A stretch of DNA of 56,439 bases, taken from positions 1-56,439 of IMG/VR virus record IMGVR_UViG_3300015264_000006, one strand, 5' to 3'. The position numbers and the translations under genes were made by a program. The DNA comes from a virus. Taxonomy: Duplodnaviria > Caudoviricetes. The number at the start of each line of letters is the position of its first letter. The stretch's first letter is position 1. The notes beneath the pieces were generated by a model. It searched no databases and had not been told where the DNA came from. It saw nothing but the letters and a program-made list of their open reading frames with translations. Positions 7,457 through 17,425 of the stretch are shown piece after piece.

Positions 7457-7699
7457 TCATGGCAGCGGCTGGACTGGCGCGTCGACCCGGATGGCCTGCA
7501 CCCGTGACAGCGGCGCCGCGTACAGCGCCCCGCCGGGGTCGGTGAACCGGAGCCACGGGCCGCCCTGCGGCGTCTCGGACAGGCCCGTCGCCGGGTCGGC
7601 GAACGACGGGTCCCGGTCCATGGCCGCCGACCCGGCCGCCATCTCATGCCAGCCGTCGGCCAGCAGCACCGCGTTCACCTCCGTGATCACGTACTCCAC
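7457..7699 (-). CDS. Hypothetical protein
   Basis: GGAGG RBS; protein-like composition. Confidence 0.7.
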   Translation of the reverse strand: MEYVITEVNAVLLADGWHEMAAGSAAMDRDPSFADPATGLSETPQGGPWLRFTDPGGALYAAPLSRVQAIRVDAPVQPLP

Positions 7700-7737
7700 G
7701 CCGCGCCTCCGGTCTGTGGTACTTGTGGTATATGGCG

Positions 7738-7965
7738 ATGGGCAAAAGGACGAGCGTGTACCTGACCGCCGCCGACCAGGCGCGGCTGGAAGCCTGCGGC
7801 CTGCCGCTCCCGGAGGTCATCCGCAGGGGCCTCAACGCGGCACTGAGCATGCGGGTCGATGTCGCGCCCGGCTGCGCGGTCGTGAACGGCCGCGTGTTCA
7901 GGTCCGACCTGCCGGCTTACGTCGTCCTGCAGGACCGGGCCGCCGCAGACAGCGAGCAGCCATGA
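7738..7965 (+). CDS. RHH-like DNA-binding protein (antisense cassette 2)
   Basis: KRTSVYLT beta strand followed by two helices (LPEVIRRGL); tgtggta direct repeat upstream. Confidence 0.65.
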   Translation: MGKRTSVYLTAADQARLEACGLPLPEVIRRGLNAALSMRVDVAPGCAVVNGRVFRSDLPAYVVLQDRAAADSEQP

Positions 7966-8180
7966 CGCTGGACGTGCGCCCGGTCTACCACCGCTGCCCG
8001 CCCGACGGCGGCGACTGCTATGCCCAGATCGACGTCAGCACGTACTCTGACCCGCCAGGCAGCAAGTTCATTCCCGGCGCCTGCAGGCACTCCCGCACGG
8101 TGCCTGTCGACTCAGCGACCGGGGAGACCCTCGCGTCCCTGTGCCTGTGCTGCGACCGGCAGCTCCCGGTGCGGTCCTAG
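7962..8180 (+). CDS. Cys-rich hypothetical protein (cassette 2)
   Basis: ATGA overlap; CLCCD motif; stop overlaps the convergent stop in CTAG. Confidence 0.55.
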   Translation: MTLDVRPVYHRCPPDGGDCYAQIDVSTYSDPPGSKFIPGACRHSRTVPVDSATGETLASLCLCCDRQLPVRS

Positions 8181-9292
8181 CGGGACTCCAGGTTGCGCAG
8201 CCTGCGCAGCGACGCGGCGATGTGCCTGCCGAGCCGGAACGGGATCGCCCCGGCCTGCACCGTCACCCGCTCATCCCCGTCGTCGCCGATGGCGATGGCC
8301 ACCTCGACCACGCGCAGCAGGTCGTTCACCGCCAGCCGCCCGGACTGGATCCGCACCGTCACCTCGTCGCCGATCCAGATGTGGCCCGGCCCGCCCCACG
8401 CGTTCGCCGCCAGGACAACCGAGTACGACGGGATGACCACCTGCGCCGACGCGAGCTCGAACGCCGCCCGGCTGGCCAGCCCCCCCGACGTGAGCTGCGT
8501 GGTGCCGACGACCTGGTCCCAGCGGCCCTCCGGCGCGGTGGCGATGCCCGCCGCCTCGGGCTGCTGCGCGGTCAGCGACGCCGACGGGTCACCCGTCACC
8601 AGCAAAGCGTTCGCGAACGCCGACGGGTCCACCGTCCGCGTCATCGACGCGACCAGCGACGACCCGTACTCGAGGACCACGCCGCGGCTGGCGCCCCGGA
8701 ACGGCGACCAGATGTCGAGGCGCAGGTCCTGCACGCCGTAGCTGCTGATGTCCCAGTCGAACCCGGCGTCCATCTGCGCCATCTGCGTGATGGCCGGGCC
8801 GATGAAGTCGCCGGCCTGGAACGTGATGGTCCGCGGGATCCCGGTGTGCGCCCCGGCGCCCGCGACGATGCCGAGGCTCCCCCCGGCGCGGCCCTGCGTG
8901 GCGTTAATGAGGCTCATCGCGATCACCGACTGGTCGGCCGCGGTGAACGCCAGCGTGTCGGAGGAGAACAGGCGCCGGCGGGCCAGCACCTCCCGGTAGT
9001 CCATCGCGGTGACCGCCACCTTGTGGCCCGCCGCGTCCAGCTGGTCGGAGGTCGGGCCGATCCGGCCCTGGAACACCGGGACCGGCCAGCCGTCCCGGAA
9101 GCACCACAGGTCGGCCTGCAGCTCGGTGAACGACGCGGCCTGCGGGTCCTTCCCGTTCAGGGTGAACGACGCCTCATGCTGCTGGTCGGGGCCGAGGCGC
9201 ACCGTGACCGTCTTGCCGGTGGCGTTGGCCAGCGCCACCGACGGTGACCCGCCCGGCGGGGTTCCGCCCGCCGCGAACGTCCAGCTCACCAC
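8177..9292 (-). CDS. Minor tail / baseplate hub (Tal-like) protein
   Basis: Position after Dit; PVFQGRI...DYREVLARR and IGDEVTVRI motifs of actinophage hub proteins. Confidence 0.75.
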   Translation of the reverse strand: MVSWTFAAGGTPPGGSPSVALANATGKTVTVRLGPDQQHEASFTLNGKDPQAASFTELQADLWCFRDGWPVPVFQGRIGPTSDQLDAAGHKVAVTAMDYREVLARRRLFSSDTLAFTAADQSVIAMSLINATQGRAGGSLGIVAGAGAHTGIPRTITFQAGDFIGPAITQMAQMDAGFDWDISSYGVQDLRLDIWSPFRGASRGVVLEYGSSLVASMTRTVDPSAFANALLVTGDPSASLTAQQPEAAGIATAPEGRWDQVVGTTQLTSGGLASRAAFELASAQVVIPSYSVVLAANAWGGPGHIWIGDEVTVRIQSGRLAVNDLLRVVEVAIAIGDDGDERVTVQAGAIPFRLGRHIAASLRRLRNLESR

Positions 9293-9296
9293 GCGG

Positions 9297-10229
9297 CTAC
9301 ACCGGCACCAGCGTGAGCACCGACCCTGCCTCCAGGGTGATCGTCCCGCCCGTCGTGGTGTTGCCCGTCAGGCCGAACTGGCCCGCCGCCGTGAACGTGA
9401 TGACCGCCTCGAACTCGCAGAAGAAAAACGCCGCCGCCGCGTACGCGGGCGACGTGATCGCCGTGGCCAGCGCCGTGGTGTGCGCCGAGTTGACCGTGCC
9501 CCCGGCCGCGTCCTGCGTGTAGTCCGAGAAGATCCGGATCCCCGTCGCGGACGGCCCCTGGAACTTGAGGTTGAACCCCGGCGTGCCGCCGCCCTGCTGG
9601 AAGCTCAGCGTCCCCCGCACGTGGTACTGGCGGGCCGTCACCGGGATGGCCGTGATCCCCGCCACGGCCACGTCCGACGTCGATGTGTAGGCCTGCCCGG
9701 TGGCGACGAACCGGGTCTTGGCCGACGGGGCGAGGAAGGTGATGTTGGCGTTCGTCACCGAGACCTGGCCGACGGTCTCCGACACCAGCGCCAGCGTCAG
9801 CGCGCTCGCCGGCTCAGCCGGGGTGCCCGCCCCCGTGTCCTGCAGCAGGCTCAGGATGCAGTCGTAGGTCGTGTAGGTGCCGTTGCTGACCTTGTCGCGG
9901 ACCTGCAGGACCAGGCGGTGGTTCCGTGTGCCCGACCCCGGCGCGGCCGGGCACGCGACGTTGACCGTGGCGTCATTCCACGCCAGGTATAGGCCCTGGC
10001 TGGCGATGTCGTCGCCGGTCACCCCGCACAGGCCGGCCGCGACGTCCACGCTGAAGTTCGCGCCCGCGCCCCTCTGCGTGACGTTGAAGTCCGCCGGGGT
10101 CAGCACCGCGTTGCCCGTGATCACGCCGAGCGCCGTGTGGTACATGCGGATTTCCTGCGCGGTGTACGTCAGGTCCGGGTCGGTGCCCGCCGTCAGCTCC
10201 TGCATCAAGAACGGGACATGCAACGCCAT
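9297..10229 (-). CDS. Minor tail protein
   Basis: VTQRGAGANFSVDVAAG...RNHRLVLQVRD pattern with a beta-rich C-terminal domain. Confidence 0.75.
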   Translation of the reverse strand: MALHVPFLMQELTAGTDPDLTYTAQEIRMYHTALGVITGNAVLTPADFNVTQRGAGANFSVDVAAGLCGVTGDDIASQGLYLAWNDATVNVACPAAPGSGTRNHRLVLQVRDKVSNGTYTTYDCILSLLQDTGAGTPAEPASALTLALVSETVGQVSVTNANITFLAPSAKTRFVATGQAYTSTSDVAVAGITAIPVTARQYHVRGTLSFQQGGGTPGFNLKFQGPSATGIRIFSDYTQDAAGGTVNSAHTTALATAITSPAYAAAAFFFCEFEAVITFTAAGQFGLTGNTTTGGTITLEAGSVLTLVPV

Positions 10230-10240
10230 GTGAGGCTCCC

Positions 10241-11128
10241 CTAGGCCAGCCGCGCCGGGCTGAAGGTCAGCACGGCGCCGGACCCGGCGCCGCTGGTCGG
10301 GTGGTAGCGGATGAAGTTCGTCACGCCTGGCTGCAGCGCCCACCACGACGTGTGCGCGAAGTCGAGCAGGCCCAGCTGCGACTGGGCCGGGTCGGACAGC
10401 AGGTTCGCCGTGCGCCCGGAGGAGATCTCCACGTACTGCCCGGCCGCCAGGACCAGCGAGTCGAGGAAGGCGATGTCCAGCCCGGCGGTGTCGTTGGCCA
10501 GCTTCGGTCCCACGCAGGGGCCGTACAGCTTCGCTTTCCACGGCGGCGGCGCCGACCCCGCCACGGTCACGAGCGACGGCGACAGCCCCGACGACGCGGT
10601 GAGATGGACGCCCGTCACCGGCACGGAGTGCAGCCCGCTCCCCGCGGCCAGGTGCAGGCCCCCCGTCGGCGCCAGCAGCGCAGCCAGGTCGTACTCGACC
10701 GGGGCCGCGTCCTGCCACACCCCCGACGGGACTTTCCACGAGATGGCCACGTCGGTGCTGACCGGGTTGTCCACAGGCGCGGTCTTGCTGTCGAACCGCA
10801 GGGTCAGCGTCCGCGGGCTGGCCCACTGGTCGTTCGTCACGGTCAGCACCGGGCGGCGGAACGGCGCCAGCAGCGGCATGATCTCGTCGATGAAGTCCTC
10901 CGCAGTGAACCCCGCCGCCGAGGTGAACAGCCGCAGCGTCAGCGTCAGCGCCGCCGCCGCCAGGAACTCGCTGACGTCGTTCTCCCCGTCGCCGCCCGGC
11001 ACCGGGTCCGACTGCGCCCGCACCCCCGGCTGCACGTCCAGCGTCATCACCGACACGCCGTCACGGGGCTGGATGATGCTGGAGAGCCCGCTTACGGGAT
11101 CCGCAAGCGTCATGCTCGTGTAGGTCAC
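10241..11128 (-). CDS. Distal tail (Dit-like) protein
   Basis: Immediately after the tape measure gene; WWALQPG.TN.I C-terminal motif. Confidence 0.75.
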   Translation of the reverse strand: MTYTSMTLADPVSGLSSIIQPRDGVSVMTLDVQPGVRAQSDPVPGGDGENDVSEFLAAAALTLTLRLFTSAAGFTAEDFIDEIMPLLAPFRRPVLTVTNDQWASPRTLTLRFDSKTAPVDNPVSTDVAISWKVPSGVWQDAAPVEYDLAALLAPTGGLHLAAGSGLHSVPVTGVHLTASSGLSPSLVTVAGSAPPPWKAKLYGPCVGPKLANDTAGLDIAFLDSLVLAAGQYVEISSGRTANLLSDPAQSQLGLLDFAHTSWWALQPGVTNFIRYHPTSGAGSGAVLTFSPARLA

Positions 11129-14100
11129 CCGAAGCCGGCCCGGGTCACCGTGAACGACAATTGCTGCGCCAGGATTGTTACATCAGCGACCTCGCGCGGA
11201 TTGAAGTTCTCGATGTGCACCAGCGGGCCGGGCCGCTGCGCCGGCGGGGGCGTGCTGGTCGTGCCGCTGAACCGCTCATAGCCGCTCTCCGCGAACGTGT
11301 ACGCCTGCCCCGACGCCCCGTACCCGAGCACCGGCTCGGTGAGGACCCCGCCCGACGCGAAGCCCTTCGGGCGGCGGCCCTTCGGCACCCGGAACCACCG
11401 CGCCGCCTCCTCGCCGAGGGTCTTGCCGAGGTCCCGGAACAGGTGCTCCAGGCCCGCCCGGTCCCCCTGCAGCTGCTGCAGGAAGTGGCGGCCCGGCTGG
11501 TACTTGCCCTCGAACACGCTGCTGGCCGCGCCCCGGGAGATGTTCAGCTCCGCCTGGCCGATCGCGGACTCCTCACGGTTCAGCGCCCGGATCAGCCTCG
11601 GGCCGCCGGACAGCAGCTCCTGCCCGTACGCCACGCCCGCGACCGGGTCGGACTGGCCGATCGCGACTACCTGCCGGATCAGTGACGCGTCAGCGTGCGC
11701 CGCTGACAGCTTCCCCAGGACCTGCCCGAACTTCTTGAGGCTGGACAGCCGCTGGCCCAGCTGGCCCTGCAGCGACGCCCCCGCCGACAGCGTCCGCGAG
11801 CCCACCATCGACCCGCCGAGCGTGGTGGTGGACAGGTCCGCGTATCCCGACAGGCCCTGCTGCACCGACTGCTGGTAGGAGCGCGCTGAGGCCAGGCGGC
11901 TGCCCAGCGTGCTGAGCTGGTTGCGGACGTCGATGAGGCGGCCCGTCTGCCGCTCCACGGCCTTGTCCCGCCACTTCGCGCTGGTGCCCTCGAAGTACTT
12001 CGCGATGTCGCGGAGGTAGCGGGTCTCCTCCGACCGGATCCCCGCGGCCGTGCCCGGCGAGGCGTAGTAGTTCACCAGGGACAGGCCCGCGGTCTGCTCT
12101 TTCCGGAGGTTCCGCGCGGCCAGGGCCGCCGCCTGCTTCGGCGTCAGCGTCCCGGCCGCCAGGCCCGGCCGGCCGCCCATCCCGGCCTGCACCGACTGGG
12201 AGTGCGAGAGGACCGGTTCCCCGCCGCGCATGTAGGCCAGCTCCGGGCCGCGCTCGCCGAGCACCGTCCACCCTGGCGTCGCCACGCCGCCGCTGGCCAT
12301 GTACTTGAGGTAGGCGCCGTTGTTGAACGTCGTCCACGGGCTGAACCCGCCCGCGCCCCGGTACTTCGCCACGGCCGCGCGGGCGTTGGCCGGACCCGTG
12401 AGCAGCTGCGCGTCGATGCCCGCCTGCGGCTCGGAGTTGCCCGGGGTGATCTGCCAAAGGCCCCACCCGGTCGTCGCGTACGGCTGGCCCTGCTGCACGG
12501 CCCGCACGTTGAACCCCGACTCCGGGCCGGTGATCGCCGCGGCCACGTGCGCGGTGCCGCCGCCCGGGCCGCCCGCCTGGATCCACCAGTTCTCGATCTG
12601 CCGCAGGCTGGCGCGCCCCAGGCCGCCGCCGAACGTCTGCGCCGACGCGGTGGCCTGCGCCTTGCGCATCCCGGCCAGCGTCGCCATCGCCGTCGCCGAC
12701 TCGACCGCGCGGAGGGTGGCCGCGTTCTCCCTGCCGATCCACGACCCGAGCCCGGCCAGCGACCCGGGACCGTAGGAGCCGACGACGCCGCCCTGCGCGA
12801 AGCCGGGTATCTTCCCCCGCAGGTGATCGACCGCGCCCGAGCTGACGATCGGGGTGGGCACGACCAGCTCACCGGGCATCGCCATGATCGGCACCGAGTC
12901 ACGGCCCGGGACGCCACCGCGGATCAGCCCGCCCGCCGCCAGTGACGTCTGCTTGCCACCCGGGCCCGTCCTCAGGCTCGTGACGCTGAAATGGCCCTTG
13001 CCGTCGACCGTGATGCTCACATGCTCGGACTTGACGGGCAGCGTGTCCTTCAGCTTCTGGATCTCCAGCCGCAGCGCCTTGTTGTGCCCGGCTGCCTTCT
13101 CCAGCCCTGGCAGGGCGTTGTTGATCACCCTGTTGTAATCGCTGGTCTTGCCCGTGGCGGCCTGCGCGTCCGTGGCGGCCAGCGTGACCTGGCTGATGTA
13201 GGTGTCGAACGCGCCTCTGGCATCGCGCTGCTTCTGGGTCAGCAGCCCGGTGTTGCCACCCGACGCCTTGAGCGCCTTCGCCAGCGCCACCTGGTCGTCT
13301 TTCAGGGTGATGAGGTCCTGGTCGGCGGCGACGGCCGGGTCGAAGAACAGCTTCAGCGCGTTGGTCAGCGCCGTGGTCCGGGTCGCCGCCGTCAGCGTCT
13401 TGTTCGCGAAGTCCTGCATGTCCTGCGCTAGCTGCGTCGTGGGCCGCTGCGCCGCCAGGTTCGAGTTCGCGTACGCCTCGGCCTGGGTGACGGCATCCCT
13501 CATCGACTGGCCGCCCTTATCAACCTGGCTGGCCAGCACCCCCGACTTCCTGGCGAGCGAGACCGCTGACTGCTGGGTCAGCCCGTATTTGTCCTGCAGG
13601 ATCCCCAGGAACGTGGTCTGGTTCCGGTAGGCGGTCAGATTCTCCTGGACCGCAGCGGTATTTGTCTGCGTCGCGCCGGTCAGGTCCCCGACGCTGGTCG
13701 TCCCGGTCACCATGCCGGTGTGCACGTTGCGCAGGGTGACCTGCTGCTTCTCCTGCTGGGCGTTCGCCGCCGCAATGGCCTTCGCGGCCGCGAAATAGCC
13801 CGCCGTGTTGAACCCCTGCGCGTTCGTCTGCTTCTCTATCGAGGTCACCTGGCGGTCGGTGGCCGTCTTCACCTTCGAGGCCCAGAACGCCAGCGCGCCG
13901 AGCCCGGCGACAGCAGCCGCTACCCAGAAGAACGGGTTGACTTCATCCAGCGCGGTCATCGCCGCGGCCAGGACTCCCGTCTCAGCCGCCGTCGCGACCT
14001 CCGCGCCGCCCAGCGCCGCCGTCGCCACCGCTGCGGCGTCAGCTTCCACGGCTGTTGCCGCCATGGCCGCCTTCGCCGCGGTCAGTGCGCCGGCGAGCCC

Positions 14101-15021
14101 CGACAGCCTCAGCAGCGGCATCAGCACGCCGAGCTTCGCCAGGGCCAGCGCCAGGCCGCCGACGCCCAGCGCCGCGCCCTCCAGCGGCCCCGGCAGCACC
14201 GAGATCACCTTGTCGAGAGCCTGCAGCCCCGCGGTCAGCAGCCTCAGCTCGAACAGGCCCGTGCCGCCCGCCGCCTGCGCCAGCGTCAGCACCGAGTGCA
14301 CCAGCGTCGTCACGTCGGTGCCTAGCAGCCCGATGGCCTGCGGCGCGACCGTGGACGCCCAGCCGATGAACTTCTGCAGCCCCGCGTCGTTCTCGAACTG
14401 CACCAGGAACCGCTCGACGCCCGCACCCGAGGCGGCCGCGAGCTTCCCCAGCGGCCCCAGCAGGCTGTTAGCCGTGGACAGCGCCGTGTTGAACACCTGG
14501 AAGGTGCGGGGCTGCAGGCTCGCCGACAGCGCGTCGTACCGGGTTTTCAGCGCCTCGACCCCGGCGGCGGCCGTTTTCTGCCGGGCGTTCAGCGACGCCC
14601 ACCCGGCGGTCAGGCCACCGGGGCCGCTCATCGCCTTCACCACCGGAGCCAGCGACCCTGCCGCGAGCAGCCCGAATGCGCTGAACGCCAGGCCCCCGGC
14701 CGCGAGCGGCCCCGTCAGCGGAGCGCCCAGCCCGATCGCCGCCGCGATCCACGACCCGCCGCCGCCCTTGGACCCCAGGCCCTTCTTCGTCCCGTCCGCG
14801 ATCCCGGCACCCAGAGCCTTGCCCGCCGCGTCGCCCTGCGCTTTCAGCTCGCCGCGCAGCACCGCCATCTGCCGCAGCGCGGCGGACTTCTCGATGGCCG
14901 GCTTGATGGTGGGGTTCAGCTTCCCCAGCGCCACCGCCTCGTTCATGATGGCGTCCAGCTCGGCCTGGGCCTTCGCCGTCTCTGCGAATAGCTTGAGGTT
15001 GACAGTCCTGGTCAGAGCCAT
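11125..15021 (-). CDS. Tape measure protein with a lytic transglycosylase-like domain
   Basis: 1298 aa, Ala-rich and helical; ESGFNVRA...GLWQI...NARAA...FSPW lysozyme-fold motifs. Confidence 0.9.
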   Translation of the reverse strand: MALTRTVNLKLFAETAKAQAELDAIMNEAVALGKLNPTIKPAIEKSAALRQMAVLRGELKAQGDAAGKALGAGIADGTKKGLGSKGGGGSWIAAAIGLGAPLTGPLAAGGLAFSAFGLLAAGSLAPVVKAMSGPGGLTAGWASLNARQKTAAAGVEALKTRYDALSASLQPRTFQVFNTALSTANSLLGPLGKLAAASGAGVERFLVQFENDAGLQKFIGWASTVAPQAIGLLGTDVTTLVHSVLTLAQAAGGTGLFELRLLTAGLQALDKVISVLPGPLEGAALGVGGLALALAKLGVLMPLLRLSGLAGALTAAKAAMAATAVEADAAAVATAALGGAEVATAAETGVLAAAMTALDEVNPFFWVAAAVAGLGALAFWASKVKTATDRQVTSIEKQTNAQGFNTAGYFAAAKAIAAANAQQEKQQVTLRNVHTGMVTGTTSVGDLTGATQTNTAAVQENLTAYRNQTTFLGILQDKYGLTQQSAVSLARKSGVLASQVDKGGQSMRDAVTQAEAYANSNLAAQRPTTQLAQDMQDFANKTLTAATRTTALTNALKLFFDPAVAADQDLITLKDDQVALAKALKASGGNTGLLTQKQRDARGAFDTYISQVTLAATDAQAATGKTSDYNRVINNALPGLEKAAGHNKALRLEIQKLKDTLPVKSEHVSITVDGKGHFSVTSLRTGPGGKQTSLAAGGLIRGGVPGRDSVPIMAMPGELVVPTPIVSSGAVDHLRGKIPGFAQGGVVGSYGPGSLAGLGSWIGRENAATLRAVESATAMATLAGMRKAQATASAQTFGGGLGRASLRQIENWWIQAGGPGGGTAHVAAAITGPESGFNVRAVQQGQPYATTGWGLWQITPGNSEPQAGIDAQLLTGPANARAAVAKYRGAGGFSPWTTFNNGAYLKYMASGGVATPGWTVLGERGPELAYMRGGEPVLSHSQSVQAGMGGRPGLAAGTLTPKQAAALAARNLRKEQTAGLSLVNYYASPGTAAGIRSEETRYLRDIAKYFEGTSAKWRDKAVERQTGRLIDVRNQLSTLGSRLASARSYQQSVQQGLSGYADLSTTTLGGSMVGSRTLSAGASLQGQLGQRLSSLKKFGQVLGKLSAAHADASLIRQVVAIGQSDPVAGVAYGQELLSGGPRLIRALNREESAIGQAELNISRGAASSVFEGKYQPGRHFLQQLQGDRAGLEHLFRDLGKTLGEEAARWFRVPKGRRPKGFASGGVLTEPVLGYGASGQAYTFAESGYERFSGTTSTPPPAQRPGPLVHIENFNPREVADVTILAQQLSFTVTRAGFG

Positions 15022-15022
15022 G

Positions 15023-15187
15023 TCAGCCTCCCTGCGCGCCGGGCCGAGTCTTGCGGATGTACTTGATTAGGTAGTCGAATTCTGCGACGCGGAGTCCGTA
15101 GATGTCGGCGGGCTTGTAGCCGAAGACCTGGGCGAAGGCTCCGAGGTACTCCCAGACGGCGGCCCTGATCCGGGGGCCCCGGTAGGG
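15023..15187 (-). CDS. Frameshift extension of the tail assembly chaperone (-1 frame)
   Basis: Open frame PYRGPRIRAAVWEYLGAFAQVFGYKPADIYGLRVAEFDYLIKYIRK... ends two bases before the tape measure start. Confidence 0.65.
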   Translation of the reverse strand, partial: PYRGPRIRAAVWEYLGAFAQVFGYKPADIYGLRVAEFDYLIKYIRKTRPGAQGG

Positions 15188-15525
15188 TCCGCCGCGGCCT
15201 TCGCCGCCTCGGCCTCAGCCTCGGCCTTCGCCGCCTCGGCGGCGGCCCGCGCTTCCGCGATCACCGCCAGGCGCGCCTCCAGCCACGCCGCCGACAGCCT
15301 GACGACCGGGAAGTCCACGCTGGCGATCGGCACGTCAGGGCTGCCGCCGTGGAAGACCAGCCACCCCAGCGCCTGGATGCAGACAGTCCGGCCCGCCCCT
15401 AGGCCATCGTCGAAGTCCGCGAGATTGCCCTTGATGTGCTCCTCGACGGCGATGCCCTGCAGGACGGTCAGGTCCTCATCGTCGTAGGACCAGGACTTGC
15501 CGTCGTACTCGCACTTGATGATCAT
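15067..15525 (-). CDS. Tail assembly chaperone
   Basis: Just upstream of the tape measure gene; low-complexity S/P/T tail after ADPT, as expected past a slip site. Confidence 0.75.
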   Translation of the reverse strand: MIIKCEYDGKSWSYDDEDLTVLQGIAVEEHIKGNLADFDDGLGAGRTVCIQALGWLVFHGGSPDVPIASVDFPVVRLSAAWLEARLAVIAEARAAAEAAKAEAEAEAAKAAADPTGAPGSGPPSGSTSEPSPRSSATSPPTSTDSASQNSTT

Positions 15526-15534
15526 TCGGGGCTC

Positions 15535-15966
15535 CTACCTGAATCCGTGAGCCTTGGCCCACCCGGTGATAGCGGCGTTACCCCACGCGTCGGCGGCCTT
15601 CGTCGCGGCCCGGTCAGCCGCCGCGGACAGGAAGGGGCGCGGAACCTGTTTTCGCCATGTCCAGTCCCTCCGGGACTGGTCCGGGCGGCCGAACACGGGG
15701 TGGCTGACCCACTGGCCGCCCGGCGCCTCGAACGTGAACGCCATCGGCGCCTCAGCGCCCCCGGCGGTGATCTCCGCTGACTTGCCGTCAGCGGCGACCG
15801 TGACCCTGATGGAGCGGGGGATGCGCTCCGACCAGGCACCCGCGATCGCACGCGCCTCGGCCGCGATGATCTCGGCCGCCTCCCGCATCGGCTTGCCGCC
15901 CGCGCCGAGCGACCCGACAGTGACGCCCTGCCCGGCCGGGAGGCGGTGAGAGGCCAGGCTGGGCAT
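15535..15966 (-). CDS. HK97 gp10-like tail completion/neck protein
   Basis: IPRSIRV...HPVFG...W..Q.PRPFL motif. Confidence 0.7.
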   Translation of the reverse strand: MPSLASHRLPAGQGVTVGSLGAGGKPMREAAEIIAAEARAIAGAWSERIPRSIRVTVAADGKSAEITAGGAEAPMAFTFEAPGGQWVSHPVFGRPDQSRRDWTWRKQVPRPFLSAAADRAATKAADAWGNAAITGWAKAHGFR

Positions 15967-15979
15967 GGTGTCTCCTAGG

Positions 15980-15999
15980 TTGACAGGTGGTATACCATC
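15980..15999 (+). promoter_or_regulatory. Promoter/operator of antisense cassette 3
   Basis: Palindrome TGGTATACCA (15988-15997) overlaps TACCAT, 6 nt before ATG 16005; TTGACA at 15980. Confidence 0.6.
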
Positions 16000-16004
16000 T
16001 GGAC

Positions 16005-16448
16005 ATGGGACGCATCTTAGGAACCATCGCCGCCGCCGCCCTGCTCATCGCGCTCGCCGCCTGCGGCGCTCCTGCCGCTAAAGCGGACCCGGTAGCGGCC
16101 GTGAAGGCCCGCGAATGCGCCGTCTACGCCAGGGTCCGCGACCAGATCCGCAGCGCTACGGCTCACGGCACGGAGGTTTTCGAGCTCATGTCAGCCATGA
16201 CAGCGCAGGGAACGCCACCCTGGGGCAGCGAGCTCAGCCGGGCCGCGAAATATGCTGACGTCCCGTCCGTCCCCCTCGGCGGCAACCCCGCGCGCGAGGT
16301 GGCCGCGGCGCTCAGCAACCTGGCGCTGCAGATCGATGACCTCGACCTGGACGCCACCGCCAGCAACCTCTCCGGCGTCCCGAACATCCCCAGCGACTGG
16401 AACCGGATCCTGGACGCCCAGGCCACGGTGGCTGCCGCCTGTGGCTGA
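16005..16448 (+). CDS. Lipoprotein (cassette 3)
   Basis: Signal peptide with LAAC lipobox. Confidence 0.8.
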   Translation: MGRILGTIAAAALLIALAACGAPAAKADPVAAVKARECAVYARVRDQIRSATAHGTEVFELMSAMTAQGTPPWGSELSRAAKYADVPSVPLGGNPAREVAAALSNLALQIDDLDLDATASNLSGVPNIPSDWNRILDAQATVAAACG

Positions 16449-16620
16449 CCTGCACCGGCAGAAGCCGCTGTGCTTCCGGCCGTCCGGGGACGACCGCGCA
16501 TGGCTGGCAGAGTATGCCCGGCGCGCTGGCCGCTCCGTCTACGCAGTCCTCGCCGACGCCCTCGCCGAGTACCGGCACCGGCATACGGCGGAAGAAGCAG
16601 AGAAAAGGGAAAGATCATGA
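16441..16620 (+). CDS. RHH-like DNA-binding protein (cassette 3)
   Basis: HRQKPLCFRPSGDDRAWLAEYARRAGRSVYAVLADALAEYR; paralog-like to 4927-5091. Confidence 0.7.
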   Translation: MADLHRQKPLCFRPSGDDRAWLAEYARRAGRSVYAVLADALAEYRHRHTAEEAEKRERS

Positions 16621-17402
16621 ACCGACGCACGTTATTCCTGATCGCCATGGCTGCCGTCATGATTGCCGCGTTCCTCGCGTTCCTCGCGATGTACCAGGGG
16701 CCTCCCGCTGGTGCCGCCACGCAAGCGCCGCCCCGGCACTGGCTGATCAGCAAGCCTGAACTCGCCCGTATCCGCGCCGCCGGGGCCACCGCAGGTTTCG
16801 GGTGGGTCATGTGCGACCCGGTTCCCCAGCGGTCACTGGGCTGCCCGGTACCCACGTTCACCAGCTACTACGCGTTCCGCCAGTGGGTCCTGGCCGGCGG
16901 CGCCGGCACAGCAGAGATCGACTACGAAGGGTCGGTCACCCCGCACTGGCAGATGACGCACCTGCTGTTCTACGTCCGCCTCACCGCCCAGCTCGGCCGC
17001 GCGCACGGCGTGTTCACCATCCTGTCCCCGATCACGTCGCGGGCGTCGGTGCCCACGTCGATGCTCGCGGTGGACGAGCAGGCCGCCCGGTACGGCGCGG
17101 GTGCGGTGGACATCCAGCTGCAGTGGATGGAGCAGCACCCGTGGCGGTACGCGGCCCTCCTGGCGTCCTGGGTGCCGCAGATCCGTCAGGCCGGGCCGGG
17201 CACGCTGGTTCTCGCCGGCCTGGCGACCGACCCGGAAGGCACCCCAGTGACCCCGTGGATTCTGACCCGCACGTACAGCCTGACCCGGGACATGGTGGAC
17301 GGGTACTGGCTGAACGTCCACCCGTGGCCCGGGCACCCCGGCTGCGCGCCGCAGGGCTGCCCGCAGGTAGCGGTCACGTTCCTGCGGAACATCGGCGCCT
17401 GA
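16617..17402 (+). CDS. Secreted protein, possibly glycoside hydrolase-like (cassette 3)
   Basis: N-terminal signal/TM segment; alternating beta-alpha pattern with IDYE, VDIQ and DGYWLN. Confidence 0.7.
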   Translation: MNRRTLFLIAMAAVMIAAFLAFLAMYQGPPAGAATQAPPRHWLISKPELARIRAAGATAGFGWVMCDPVPQRSLGCPVPTFTSYYAFRQWVLAGGAGTAEIDYEGSVTPHWQMTHLLFYVRLTAQLGRAHGVFTILSPITSRASVPTSMLAVDEQAARYGAGAVDIQLQWMEQHPWRYAALLASWVPQIRQAGPGTLVLAGLATDPEGTPVTPWILTRTYSLTRDMVDGYWLNVHPWPGHPGCAPQGCPQVAVTFLRNIGA

Positions 17403-17425
17403 TAGACTGGGACCAATACGGACAA

